A stretch of DNA of 64,000 nt from Kudoa neothunni (taxonomy: Eukaryota; Animalia; Cnidaria). The notes under the pieces were generated by a model. It made no database searches. It was not told the origin of the DNA and saw only the letters and a program-made list of their open reading frames with translations. The stretch is taken from positions 7,072,234 to 7,136,233 of the forward strand of contig OZ199839.1 in assembly GCA_964304625.1 (NCBI GenBank), in the 5' to 3' direction. Below are positions 27,715 through 39,239 of the stretch, piece after piece. Numbering within the stretch: position 1 is the stretch's first letter; each line of letters opens with the position of its first letter. A program made the translations under genes and the position numbers.

Positions 27715-28212
27715 TATTTAATGAAGTAAATTACTACCTAAAGAATATTCAAATAGATACTAATCGAAACTATTGAATTAACCTGCAGTAATAAATAGAT
27801 CGGAAAACGATTATTCTGAATACAAATATGCGTAGTGTAGTTTAATCTACTAACTTGTAGCTTATTGAACTTATACAAAGAATCAAAGTAGAAGATTCGT
27901 GTTTTTAATACAATTATAAACATAAATATAAAATATGAATCTGATTAAGAAAATAAGGATAATAAGGATCTAAGCATATAGTTAACTATTTAATATAATA
28001 ATACTAATATTCAAAAAATACAACAACTTTTGCGAATTTGTTTAATTAAACAACAAACATTTGAAAGCAGATAAATAAAATTCGGCCAAAAGATAAAAGA
28101 TAGAAAAAGAATAATTGAATAAAATATGAAAATGAGTCACGTAAAATTAATTAACTTAACGTGTTCCCAATCATGATTGTTGCTTGATCAGTTAGCATTT
28201 TTGCCATTGGAC

Positions 28213-29817
28213 TCAACTAGTTAAAACACCTTGTGTGTTTTGGTCTGCAGTTCCATTGCCCGATGCACCCTGACCCTCTTTTCTATCTACTTCATCCTCG
28301 CTTGCAGTTTCATTAGATCCGTCGGCAGGTGTTTCACTGGGGGTGGTGGTTACAGAAGAGGAAGTCTCAGTTGAAGAAACGTCGGTGCTGGTAGTTTCAG
28401 TAGCAATTGTAGTAGTGGAATCGACAGAGTCATCAACGGGTGGGTCTCTCACACTATTAATAATGTTATATTGAGAATGAATATGAACAAATATACGATG
28501 GAGGTTTGGAGATTTCAGCACTTTTACCAGAACATACACCCATGCATTCATCACTGGTTATAAATCTATTATCATTCCCTCCAATTCCTCGGTATATAAA
28601 CGGCATACACGTCTTTGTGTGACGATCAAAATAATATCTGGCTAAAAATAAGTGCCCAACACCTTCACTTCTGCCAAGTCTGCAGATGTCATCAGCTTTT
28701 TTGTACTTAATACCATCTTCCTCATCTGGAGGTAAACCTAACGACCATTTGTTGATGAAGGGTATTAACTATGGAAAATTACCTGTGTGGGTGGGACATG
28801 AACCAACACAGTCGTCTAATGTTTCGAACGTATTTGCATTGTCTGGATGCTTACAATCTTCCGTTTCATAAACCTCACAGACCTTGGATGATTTTTTGTA
28901 AAAATATCTTTGGACAATCTTTCTGTCACATTTCATTTGTGAAATCCCTGAGTTGCATTTAGGGTTTATGTCGGCAGGAGCACCTTAATCATTACCAATT
29001 ATTTTCATAATGTTACATCCATATATTACTTAAACAAATTTGGGTACATTGTTGCACTGAATCGAAAACTCCCATAGTTTCGTCCTCATTTACCACGGCG
29101 TGTACGCACTTATGGGTTGTCATATCAGCAACAACCTTGATAACTTTATGTGAGTTAACTGCTAGCTCTGGATGGATACCGCAATGAAAACGATTTTTAA
29201 CACCATCAACAACCGCTATTTTAAAATTCACTTCAATTAAAATAATTCAGAAAGATACCAATTTTTGCTTGTTGGCATTCTGACACAGAATCGAAAAAAA
29301 TTCTGTCCACCTCCACATCCCTTGTATTGGAGAGTATCACAGGAATAAGAAGTCGTAGAACTAGTACTTTCCACAGTTTTTTTGAGGGTAGTATTTATTT
29401 ACGGCTACTCCCATTACACAATGTTGAAGGATTAGGACTTGGGCTTGTTTCTGTTGCTTTTTTAACATCAGTAACTGCCTTAAACACATCATCTTTTTCC
29501 TTTTTTTCTTAATGGTGTTATCAAAGAAAGCTGAATAATATTACTATGTTTTTCACATTCTTCTAGTGATTTAAAATTATTGAAGTCCATTCCTTTCCCA
29601 TTATAGGTGAATTCCTCACATGTTCCTGTAGCATGTACAATTTTGTACCTTTTCACGCTGAACCCAGATCGTATATTTGTATTCTTAGTGCTTACATCGG
29701 CATATGACCCAAGATCTTTTTCTATGAAATATATATGACCAACTTCAACGCTAAATAATTACCAAATGAGCAGATGGTTAGAAGCAAAGCATAAGTTGTC
29801 CAATATAAGGCATTCAT
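28213..29817 (-). CDS. Five-Kunitz-domain protein, copy B3 (5' half = B2, 3' half = B4; three +1 homopolymer insertions in exon 3)
   Basis: Near-identical to B2 from ~29016 rightwards and to B4 leftwards. Extra A at ~29300, extra G at ~29387 and extra C at ~29411 relative to B2 break the frame as written. Confidence 0.75.
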
Positions 29818-30315
29818 TATTTAATGAAGTAAATTACTACCTAAAGAATATTCAAATAGATACTAATCGAAACTATTGAATTAACCTGCAGTAATAAATA
29901 GATCGGAAAACGATTATTCTGAATACAAATATGCGTAGTGTAGTTTAATCTACTAACTTGTAGCTTATTGAACTTATACAAAGAATCAAAGTAGAAGATT
30001 CGTGTTTTTAATACAATTATAAACATAAATATAAAATATGAATCTGATTAAGAAAATAAGGATAATAAGGATCTAAGCATATAGTTAACTATTTAATATA
30101 ATAATACTAATATTCAAAAAATACAACAACTTTTGCGAATTTGTTTAATTAAACAACAAACATTTGAAAGCAGATAAATAAAATTCGGCCAAAAGATAAA
30201 AGATAGAAAAAGAATAATTGAATAAAATATGAAAATGAGTCACGTAAAATTAATTAACTTAACGTGTTCCCAATCATGATTGTTGCTTGATCAGTTAGCA
30301 TTTTTGCCATTGGAC

Positions 30316-31919
30316 TCAACTAGTTAAAACACCTTGTGTGTTTTGGTCTGCAGTTCCATTGCCCGATGCACCCTGACCCTCTTTTCTATCTACTTCATCC
30401 TCGCTTGCAGTTTCATTAGATCCGTCGGCAGGTGTTTCACTGGGGGTGGTGGTTACAGAAGAGGAAGTCTCAGTTGAAGAAACGTCGGTGCTGGTAGTTT
30501 CAGTAGCAATTGTAGTAGTGGAATCGACAGAGTCATCAACGGGTGGGTCTCTCACACTATTAATAATGTTATATTGAGAATGAATATGAACAAATATACG
30601 ATGGAGGTTTGGAGATTTCAGCACTTTTACCAGAACATACACCCATGCATTCATCACTGGTTATAAATCTATTATCATTCCCTCCAATTCCTCGGTATAT
30701 AAACGGCATACACGTCTTTGTGTGACGATCAAAATAATATCTGGCTAAAAATAAGTGCCCAACACCTTCACTTCTGCCAAGTCTGCAGATGTCATCAGCT
30801 TTTTTGTACTTAATACCATCTTCCTCATCTGGAGGTAAACCTAACGACCATTTGTTGATGAAGGGTATTAACTATGGAAAATTACCTGTGTGGGTGGGAC
30901 ATGAACCAACACAGTCGTCTAATGTTTCGAACGTATTTGCATTGTCTGGATGCTTACAATCTTCCGTTTCATAAACCTCACAGACCTTGGATGATTTTTT
31001 GTAAAAATATCTTTGGACAATCTTTCTGTCACATTTCATTTGTGAAATCCCTGAGTTGCATTTAGGGTTTATGTCGGCAGGAGCACCTTAATCATTACCA
31101 ATTATTTTCATAATGTTAATGAAATTAACTACTGAGACATATTTTGGTACATTGTTTCACTGAATCAAAAACTCCCATAGTTACACCTTCGTTAACCACA
31201 GCATGTACACATTTATGGGCTGTCATATCAGCAACAACCATGATCAATTTATGTGAATTGACTTCTAACTCCGGGTGAATACCACAATGGAAACGATTTT
31301 TAACACCATCAACAACCGCTATTTTAAAATTCACTTCAATTAAAAATAATTCAGTAATATACCAGCTTTTGCTTGTTGGCATTCTGACACAGAATCGAAA
31401 AAATTCTGTCCACCTCCACATCCTTTGTACTCAAACTTTTCGCAGGTATATGTAAAGGATCCTGTACTACCAGCCTTTTTAAGGTAGTACTTATCTACGG
31501 CTACTCCTGCGCATTTTAATTCAGGAGGGCTAGTTGGACTTCCACTTGAAGAACTTTCAACCGCTTTAACTGCGTTATACACATCATCTTTTGTCTTTTT
31601 TTCTTACTGATGTTATTAATGTAAATTTAATATTAATGTTACTATGGTTTTCACATTCTTCTAGAGATTTGAAATTGTTGAAATCCATTCCTTTTCCTTT
31701 GTATTCAAATTCTTCGCATATTCCAGTAGCATGAATGATACGGTACCTTTTCACTTTAAATGAAGCTTTAAGGTCTGTATTTTTATTGTTTAGATCAGCA
31801 TATGAAGTCAGATCTTCCTCTAAAAACGAAACGATTTATTAACTGACTTTATTGAAAAAACTACCAGAAAAGACCAAAGTAAAGAATACTGAAAAGAAAT
31901 AAATGCCAACAAGCTTCAT
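30316..31919 (-). CDS. Five-Kunitz-domain protein, copy B4
   Basis: Different signal peptide MKLVGIYFFSVFFTLVFS; same exon layout; tail ends TADQNTQGVLTS*. Confidence 0.9.
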
Positions 31920-32117
31920 TAGAGGGATATAACGATATTCAATAATTATTTTTAGACAATGAGTGTATTGATGTCTATTTAATCGGGTTTATATTTCCAG
32001 ATGAATAGGAGAAACTGAATAGGTCGTAAAAGTAAAATATCATACAGAATATAAAATAATTAATGATTCAAAAGGATAAAATCTTTTAACTTAAAAGATT
32101 AGAAAATATATAATTAA

Positions 32118-34423
32118 CCCTTTCGTGCCCAAAGGCTATCCTAGTGACCAAATGTATATTCTCTATATGGAAGCTTAGTTATGGAAATTATGCGCAGAAA
32201 AATAGTTTTTCTTGAAAGCATTCAATCTTGTTTTTAATACTAATTATAAGAATTTTTTAGAAAATTTTTCAAAAAATTGTATAGCAGGAAACTTTAAGCC
32301 ATTTTGGTTCCAAAAAGTCATTATATTGTTTCATTGATTAACTAATACTTTTTCAATAAAATATAACACAAAAATTTTTTGTTGTAGATAACAACCTAAA
32401 ATAAACCTTTATTAAAGTTTAGAATTAGTTTATTTAACTTTAAAAAAATAATGATGAAAATAATACATGGTCACTAGGATAGCCTTTGGACACATGCGCC
32501 AAAATTTGTTAGCGCCAAGTTTGAACAAAGATGGATCACGACGTTAATTATAATAAACTAAATAATGGTGAATCAATGTCAGAAGTAGTTATTCTTCCAG
32601 ATGCCGATCTATCAGAATCTGACACGGTTTCTGATGATGAAATGGAAAAATTATGCCACTTAAAGATGATGATTTCTGTGTTTCTACGTCCGATGATACT
32701 GACTCTGACTCTGAAAATGATGATGTAGAATACAAATGGACTAACAAAGGTCCTTGGCTTGATATTCCGGATGATGTTATTACTTTAAATTCTCCTGTGG
32801 CGAATCATTAATCCAGATGATAACAAATGAAACAAACATTTATGCAACTCAGTGTGGAATAAATTTTGTTGCAGATGTTGAAGAAATCCAAAAGTATCTA
32901 GAGGTCCTCATTTTTATGGGTATTGTTAGAATGCCTCGTTATCTCTGCTATTAGAACACATCATTAGATTTTTCACACGTATCAAACGTTTTCTATGGAA
33001 ATCGATTTGATAAAATTTCAAAATTTATATTTCAAATAATGAAGATATCATTAAAGATCAAAACTCGGAAAATTATGATCGTTTTTCTAAAATACGACCT
33101 TTTTAGAGCATCTACGGCCCGCGGTTTTAAATATAAAACCAGAAATCTGCAATTCAGTCGATGAGCAAATGATTCCCTTCAAAGGAAGATGCAGTGCCAA
33201 ACAGTACCTTCCTATTAAACCAACCAAATGGGGGTTTAAAGTGTTTGCTCGGTGTGGCATCAGTGGCTTAGTCTATAGTTTTATCTTGTATGAGGGGAAA
33301 CCACCAGCAGTTTCACAAACTTGTGGTCAAACTTCGGGTGATTTTTTAGTAAAATCGTGCGAAACGTTGCTAACTTCAAGAACCTTCTTTTTGTACTTTG
33401 ATAATTATTTCACATTTATCCCACTGCAAAAACTGTTAAAGAAGCGAAACATCTACTTTGTTGGAACCATAAGAAGAAACAGAATTAAACATTGTCCACT
33501 AACCCCGGTATAACAATTCAGCAAGAAAGGTCACGGTTCTTACGAAAGCTTTCAAGACACCAAAAATGGAATAGTGTTAACTATGTGGTGTGACGGTTCT
33601 GTTGTTACGCTTTCTTCTACTCATTATTCATTCCAACCCTTTAATGTGGTTAAAATATTTGATAGAAGGGTTAAAAAGACTACAAATATTTATTATACCA
33701 GTGTAGTTTCAGAATATAATAAAAACATGGGTGGAGTTGACTTGTAGGGCATGTTGATGGCACTGTAAAAGTTAAACCACAAATTCCGAAAGTTTTATAT
33801 GCGAATATTCTTTTGGGGGCTCAATGTCGTCATAACCAATGCTTGGTTATTATATAGACGAAATACAAAGGTCAATGATGATAACAACAAAGTAGTGGAC
33901 CTTTTGTCATTTACTCAGTCTATAAGTGAAAGTTTAATTCACTTCAAAGAAATCCAAGATGATAAAAAAGCGTGGGCATCCTTCATTGGATGATTCTAAA
34001 GTTGTAGCTGTTGATCATTTGCATAAAAAACAATCGAAACCCTCTTCGGAGTCGATAAGATTTGATAATGTCGGCCACTATCCTGAAATAGTGGATACCA
34101 AGGGAAGATGCAGATTGTGTAAAAAAGAACACAATTCAGCTGCATTAAAGGTGGAATACCGTGTTGTATTGTTAAACAGAGAAATTGTTTCTATTTTTAT
34201 CACAACAGATAAATTTATGTTGTATTTTTAAAACTCGAACAGGATTCGATGGAAATTTTTTTCGCGCAAATGCCAAATGGTCATTCTGGTGACCACGACG
34301 AAAAATGTTAAAAAATAATATTTAAACATTTTATTTGGATTCAAAGTTTTATGTGAATTAACAAAGAAATCTTAATTAAATTTAATATTTATAACTCTAA
34401 TTAAAAATTTGGGAACAAAAGGA
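32118..34423 (+). mobile_element. piggyBac (PGBD2/3-like) element with decayed transposase
   Basis: TTAA|CCCTTTCGTGCCCAAA ... TTTGGGAACAAAAGGA|TTAA. Motifs SVDEQMIPFKGRCSAKQYLPIKPTKWGFK, LYFDNYFT and YNKNMGGVDL; C-terminal Cys region; stops and frameshifts. Confidence 0.92.
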
Positions 34424-34427
34424 TTAA

Positions 34428-34596
34428 TTAATTTAAAAATATTTTATTTATATTCTTGATGGTTAAATAAAGGTTTTTAAATAGTTTAATAAATAAATAA
34501 ATAAATAACTTATTATAATCTTAAGTGCACGTTAATTTTGTAACATTTTCTCAAATTACGAACTACAGGTCATTACGAACCACACGTCACCCATTG
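34428..34596 (-). repeat. Terminal fragment of the pogo-like element also seen at ~9390-9536
   Basis: Direct sequence similarity, ending CACGTCACCCATTG|TA. Confidence 0.6.
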
Positions 34597-34788
34597 TACA
34601 GGAAATTTTGGGAAGTTATTTTATTAAAAAATAAATATTTAAAATTAGATAATCAAAATACAACCAAATGATAAAAGCTAGTTAATAAAAAATTCAATAA
34701 AATATGAAAGTAAGTCATATCTAAAGTTCATCAACTTATGGTATGTCTCAATCACTGTTGCTTGATTAATTAACATTTTGTCATTGGA

Positions 34789-36393
34789 CTAATCAGATGG
34801 GCCACCCTGTGTATTTTGGACTGGAGATCCACTATCTGACGCACCCTGACCTTCTATTCCATCAAGTTCCTTATCCTCGCTTACAGCGTCCTCAGCTCCA
34901 TCGGAAGGAGTGTCATTGGAGGTGGTGGATACAGTAGAGGAAGTCTCAGTTGAAGAAACGTCGGTGCTGGTAGTTTCAGTAGCAATTGTAGTAGTGGAAT
35001 CGACAGAGTCATCAACGGGTGGGTCTCTCACACTATTAATAATGTTATATTGAGAATGAATATGAAAAAATATACGATGGAGGTTTGGAGATTTCAGCAC
35101 TTTTACCAGAACATACACCCATGCATTCATCCCTGGTTATGAATCTATTGTCATTTCCTCCAATTCCTCTGTATATGAAAGGCATACACGTCTTTGTGTG
35201 ACGATCGAAATAATATCTAGCTAAAAATAAGTGCCCAACACCTTCGCTTCTTCCAAGCCTGCAAATGTCATCAGCTTTTTTGTACTTAATACCATCTTCC
35301 TCATCTGGAGGTAAACCTAACGACCATTTGTTGATGAAGGGTATTAACTATGGAAAATTACCTGTGTGGGTGGGACATGAACCAACACAGTCGTCTAATG
35401 TTTCAAACGTATTTGCATTGTCTGGATGCTTACAATCTTCCGTTTCATAAACCTCACAGACCTTGGATGATTTTTTGTAAAAATATCTTTGAACAATCTT
35501 TCTGTCACATTTCATTTGTGAAATCCCTGAGTTGCATTTAGGGTTTATGTCGGCAGGAGCACCTTAATCATTACCAATTATTTTCATAATGTTACATCCA
35601 TATATTACTTAAACAAATTTTGGTACATTGTTTCACTGAATCAAAAACTCCCATAGTTACACCTTCGTTAACCACAGCATGTACACATTTATGGGCTGTC
35701 ATATCAGCAACAACCATGATCAATTTATGTGAATTGACTTCTAACTCCGGGTGAATACCACAATGGAAACGATTTTTAACACCATCAACAACCGCTATTT
35801 TAAAATTCACTTCAATTAAAAATAATTCAGTAATATACCAGCTTTTGCTTGCTGGCATTCTGACACAGAATCGAAAAAATTCTGTCCACCTCCACATCCC
35901 TTGTATGGGAGGGTTTCACAAGAATAGGAAGTTACACCACTGGTTATAGTTTTGTTGAGGTAGTACTTATTTACGGCTACTCCTGTGCATTTTGATACAG
36001 GAATGGTAGTTGGATTTCCACTTGAATCACTTTTAACTGCTTTAACTGCGTTATACACATCATCTTTTGTCTTTTTTTCTTACTGATGTTATCAATGTAA
36101 TTTTAATATCAATGTTACTATGGTTTTCACATTCTTCTAGAGATTTGAAATTGTTGAAATCCATTCCTTTTCCTTTGTATTCAAATTCTTTGCATATTCC
36201 AGTAGCATAAATGATACGGTACCTTTTCACTCTAAATAAAGCTTTAAGGTCTGTATTTTTATCGTTTAGATCAGTATATGAAGTCAGTTCTTGCTCTAAA
36301 AATCAAATTATTAATTGCGTGTCTATTGAAGGAACTACCAGAAAAGACCAAAGTAAAGAATACTGAAAAGAAATAAATGCCAACAAGCTTCAT
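34789..36393 (-). CDS. Five-Kunitz-domain protein, copy B5
   Basis: Signal peptide as in B4; same exon layout; tail ends SPVQNTQGGPSD*. Confidence 0.9.
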
Positions 36394-37294
36394 TAGAGGG
36401 ATATAACGATATTCAATAATTATTCTCAGATAATGAGTGTATTGATATCTGTTTAATCGGGTTTATACGTATAAATGAATAGGTGGAAATGAATAGGCCT
36501 CAAAAGTGAAATATCAAGCGGAATATTAAACCAATGATGAGTAAAAAAGAAAACACCCTTTAACCTAAAAAATTAAAAACTATTTAAATCAGCGATAAAA
36601 TCTATTATTTTGGGGCCCATTATATACTCTAGATACCATGAATGCTTTAATGGATGAAAGTCGGCCAATTCATTATTCCGATAATCCAAAAAATTATAAA
36701 AATGTTTTTTTACTTCGTAAGAATGTATAATAAATATATTTTTAATTATAAAATAACATTCGGGAACAAATAAAAATTTATCCATAAATTAATTTCAATT
36801 TATTAATTATTTTTGTAGAAAATATTTTTCTTCATATCCAATAAAAAATAAATACAATAAACAGATTCAACTATTTCCGTAGAAGTCTTCATTTCTCCCG
36901 TACTTATTTCTGCGTGATATATTAAATCCCATCTATGTGAAAATTTTCATTTATGGGGAGTTATCTCACCCGAATAGAACATTTTAATTACAACGCTCAA
37001 ATCAATATATTCTTTCTATTGTTGCTACTTTATTTAATTGGCATATATATTAAAATACCTTCATAAAAACAAATTCCTTATTCAAGGGAAGAATCCAACT
37101 ATATCAATTTAGAAAATACGTAATTTTTAACTAGTAATGGATAATTCTTAAAATTAAGCACAAAACGATTATCTCAATATTCAAAACATTAATTCTATTA
37201 GCGAAAAAAGTAATAAAATTCCCAATGCACTAACAGAGATTCAATAACAAGAGAGAGAATAATAATATACAACAATTGAAGCCTCTCAACAAAA

Positions 37295-38037
37295 TTAAAA
37301 TTTGTTTGTTTTCAGAAAATGATCAAGTTCGGTGTCTGGAACAAGATCAGTTTTCGATATTTTTGATCCGCAACCAAAGGCGGGGCATTTGATTACATCT
37401 TTGCGGCGGAAACCTTGTCTGCTTTCAAATATTTCTTTTATAGCATCTTCACTGAATCGATGATTGCAGATTTTACTGCGTACAGGTTTGACAAGGCGAA
37501 TCGTTGTTATCGGGCAGATATAGGTGTCTATGGCATCCTCCACAATGAGATCTTCGGATGCTAAAAATCAGTTTAGAAAGAAAAAGCGGCTTCATCATCA
37601 TGATCAGCACGATTGACTTACGGCCGTTATTAAATGACGAAAGACTTATAGACTTTCCTTGGTTTTTCAATTGGATATATTCAATCAATTGGTTAGTGAT
37701 TGGGCCGGTATTTTTTTTCTTTTTCTTAATTACCCCTTTGAGAAGATTGGATCGTTCAGATTGCATTGACTCGTCCCTGTATAAATTCAAAACTTGCAAT
37801 ATAAATTGATTCTAACTACAATGATATTCCTTTTCTCGCCACCGTCTTATAGGCTTCACTTTTTAAAGAAATTTCATCGATGAATTTTTCGAATTTATCA
37901 AACGAATCAACATCTATATCAACTTCTGATGATATTTCAACTGAAGTTTCAGAAAGGATTTGTTTATAAATTCCTAGAGTGTGTTGTAAGCATTGTTTAA
38001 GTTCATCTTGCAAGTTATCTAATGCAGAAATATCCAT
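37295..38037 (-). CDS. NSMCE2: E3 SUMO ligase NSE2/MMS21 (SMC5/6 complex), 3 exons
   Basis: C-terminal SP-RING CPITTIRLVKPVRSKICNHRFSEDAI...IKCPAFGC after an N-terminal helical region; introns of 31 and 61 nt join the three ORF pieces in frame. Confidence 0.85.
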
Positions 38038-38111
38038 TTTAAGATGTCGGCAATTGACGGAGTTTGGCGGAAGTCGCGATACAACTGATTTATTTTATTC
38101 GGTTTCCCGCT
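38038..38111. promoter_or_regulatory. 74-bp bidirectional promoter with two E2F-like sites
   Basis: Divergent ATGs at 38037 (-) and 38112 (+); TTTGGCGG at 38063-38070 and TTTCCCGC at 38103-38110. Confidence 0.55.
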
Positions 38112-38589
38112 ATGAACAATAATGATTCGGATTCTTCTAGGTCGATAACTAACGTAGATTTGACCAATATTAATGATGCAATCGATGAAGTGAATGAGAT
38201 AATGGAAAAAATACTTACAGAGTATCTGAATTCTAATGAAAATCCAACAGCTGCATCGCAACATTTGTCTCAGGATGTTAGTAGGTTGAACGAGAGGTTG
38301 AATTTCATCGATAAAATTTGGAGGAACGCATATAATGCTGTGAAATGTTCTGGTTTATCGAAGGCATCAATTTTTATTATTTGAAATTTTTAACATAATT
38401 TTTAGAAAGAAAATATTGAATTGCTAAATAAACTACCTGATAATCAACAATCGGACGATTCTACAGAGGTATTAAACACTACTATAAATGTATTTATTCT
38501 CATTGAAGGTTTGCGAGAACTATAGCGATATTCAAAAGGCAATTGTCTGCTTACTAGATCGAGTAGAATCGTTGAAATTAAATAAGTGA
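38112..38589 (+). CDS. Small helical/coiled-coil protein of unknown identity (3 exons, ~130 aa)
   Basis: MNNNDSDSSRS...LNERLNFIDKIW; two short introns; ends AIVCLLDRVESLKLNK*. Confidence 0.65.
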
Positions 38590-38720
38590 AAAAATTGAAG
38601 TTTTAGTTTTTTAGAGGTGCTTTTATAAAATTTCGTTTATGTGCCCGCTTGCGCAAAAAAAACTAATAACAAAGATAGTCTCAAATGTTTGTTATGAACA
38701 AATTTTTGTCGATAAAAATA

Positions 38721-39239
38721 TTAATATATTTCGCGAATTTTTTTCGGGTCGTATCCATTTTCCCGAGCAATTTGTTTGATGGCGTTGATTATGTTAGTGG
38801 TTTTGCGCTCTTGTAGATATCTGTTTTGTATACTTTCGTATACTTTGTCATTTTTGTAGCTTAAATTATTAGTTAATTTATCTTAAATATTTGATTTTTT
38901 TACTTGTCATCAAGACATTTGGTATGTCGAGCAAGTTGTTCGTTGCATTTGACGCCACTTGAATATGCAATTTGTTTTTTATGGCACTCTATAACTTCTA
39001 GATGAATTTAAATAAAAATATAACATTATATTGATACCCCTCAATTCATCTAAACACATTTCTTCTTTGAGCACCTTCATAGCAAACTGTCGAAATGTGG
39101 TAGCGTATTCCAATGATGTGATGTGATTGTTTCGAACTATTTGAGGTAATCTACTGTAGATATCATCTGGAGTGATATTGTAAATTTTTTGTAAACGTTT
39201 AGCAAGATCAATATTCTCTTCACGATGTGGATTCACCAT
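38721..39239 (-). CDS. CMC1: COX assembly mitochondrial protein, twin-CX9C Cmc1 family (3 exons)
   Basis: Spliced protein has CLDELREVIEC and CNEQLARHTKC (twin CX9C), then NYKNDKVYESIQNRYLQERK, matching the CMC1 pattern YYND..FYEE....YL.ER. Confidence 0.75.

Noticed and set aside
26169-31919. CRISPR-like or satellite array
   Set aside because: The repeats are ~2.1-kb intron-containing gene duplications, not repeat-spacer units.
26585-35541. Repeated plus-strand ORFs MSSAFLYL... and MENYLCGW...
   Set aside because: They are antisense shadows of Kunitz exons D4-D5.
36573-37140. Possible gene between B5 and NSMCE2
   Set aside because: Only a 70-aa AT-rich ORF, with no coherent splice model or motif.
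38364-38410. GC-AG intron in the coiled-coil gene (AAG|gcatca)
   Set aside because: An upstream GT donor with the AG 4 nt downstream gives the same frame, so a non-canonical site is not required.
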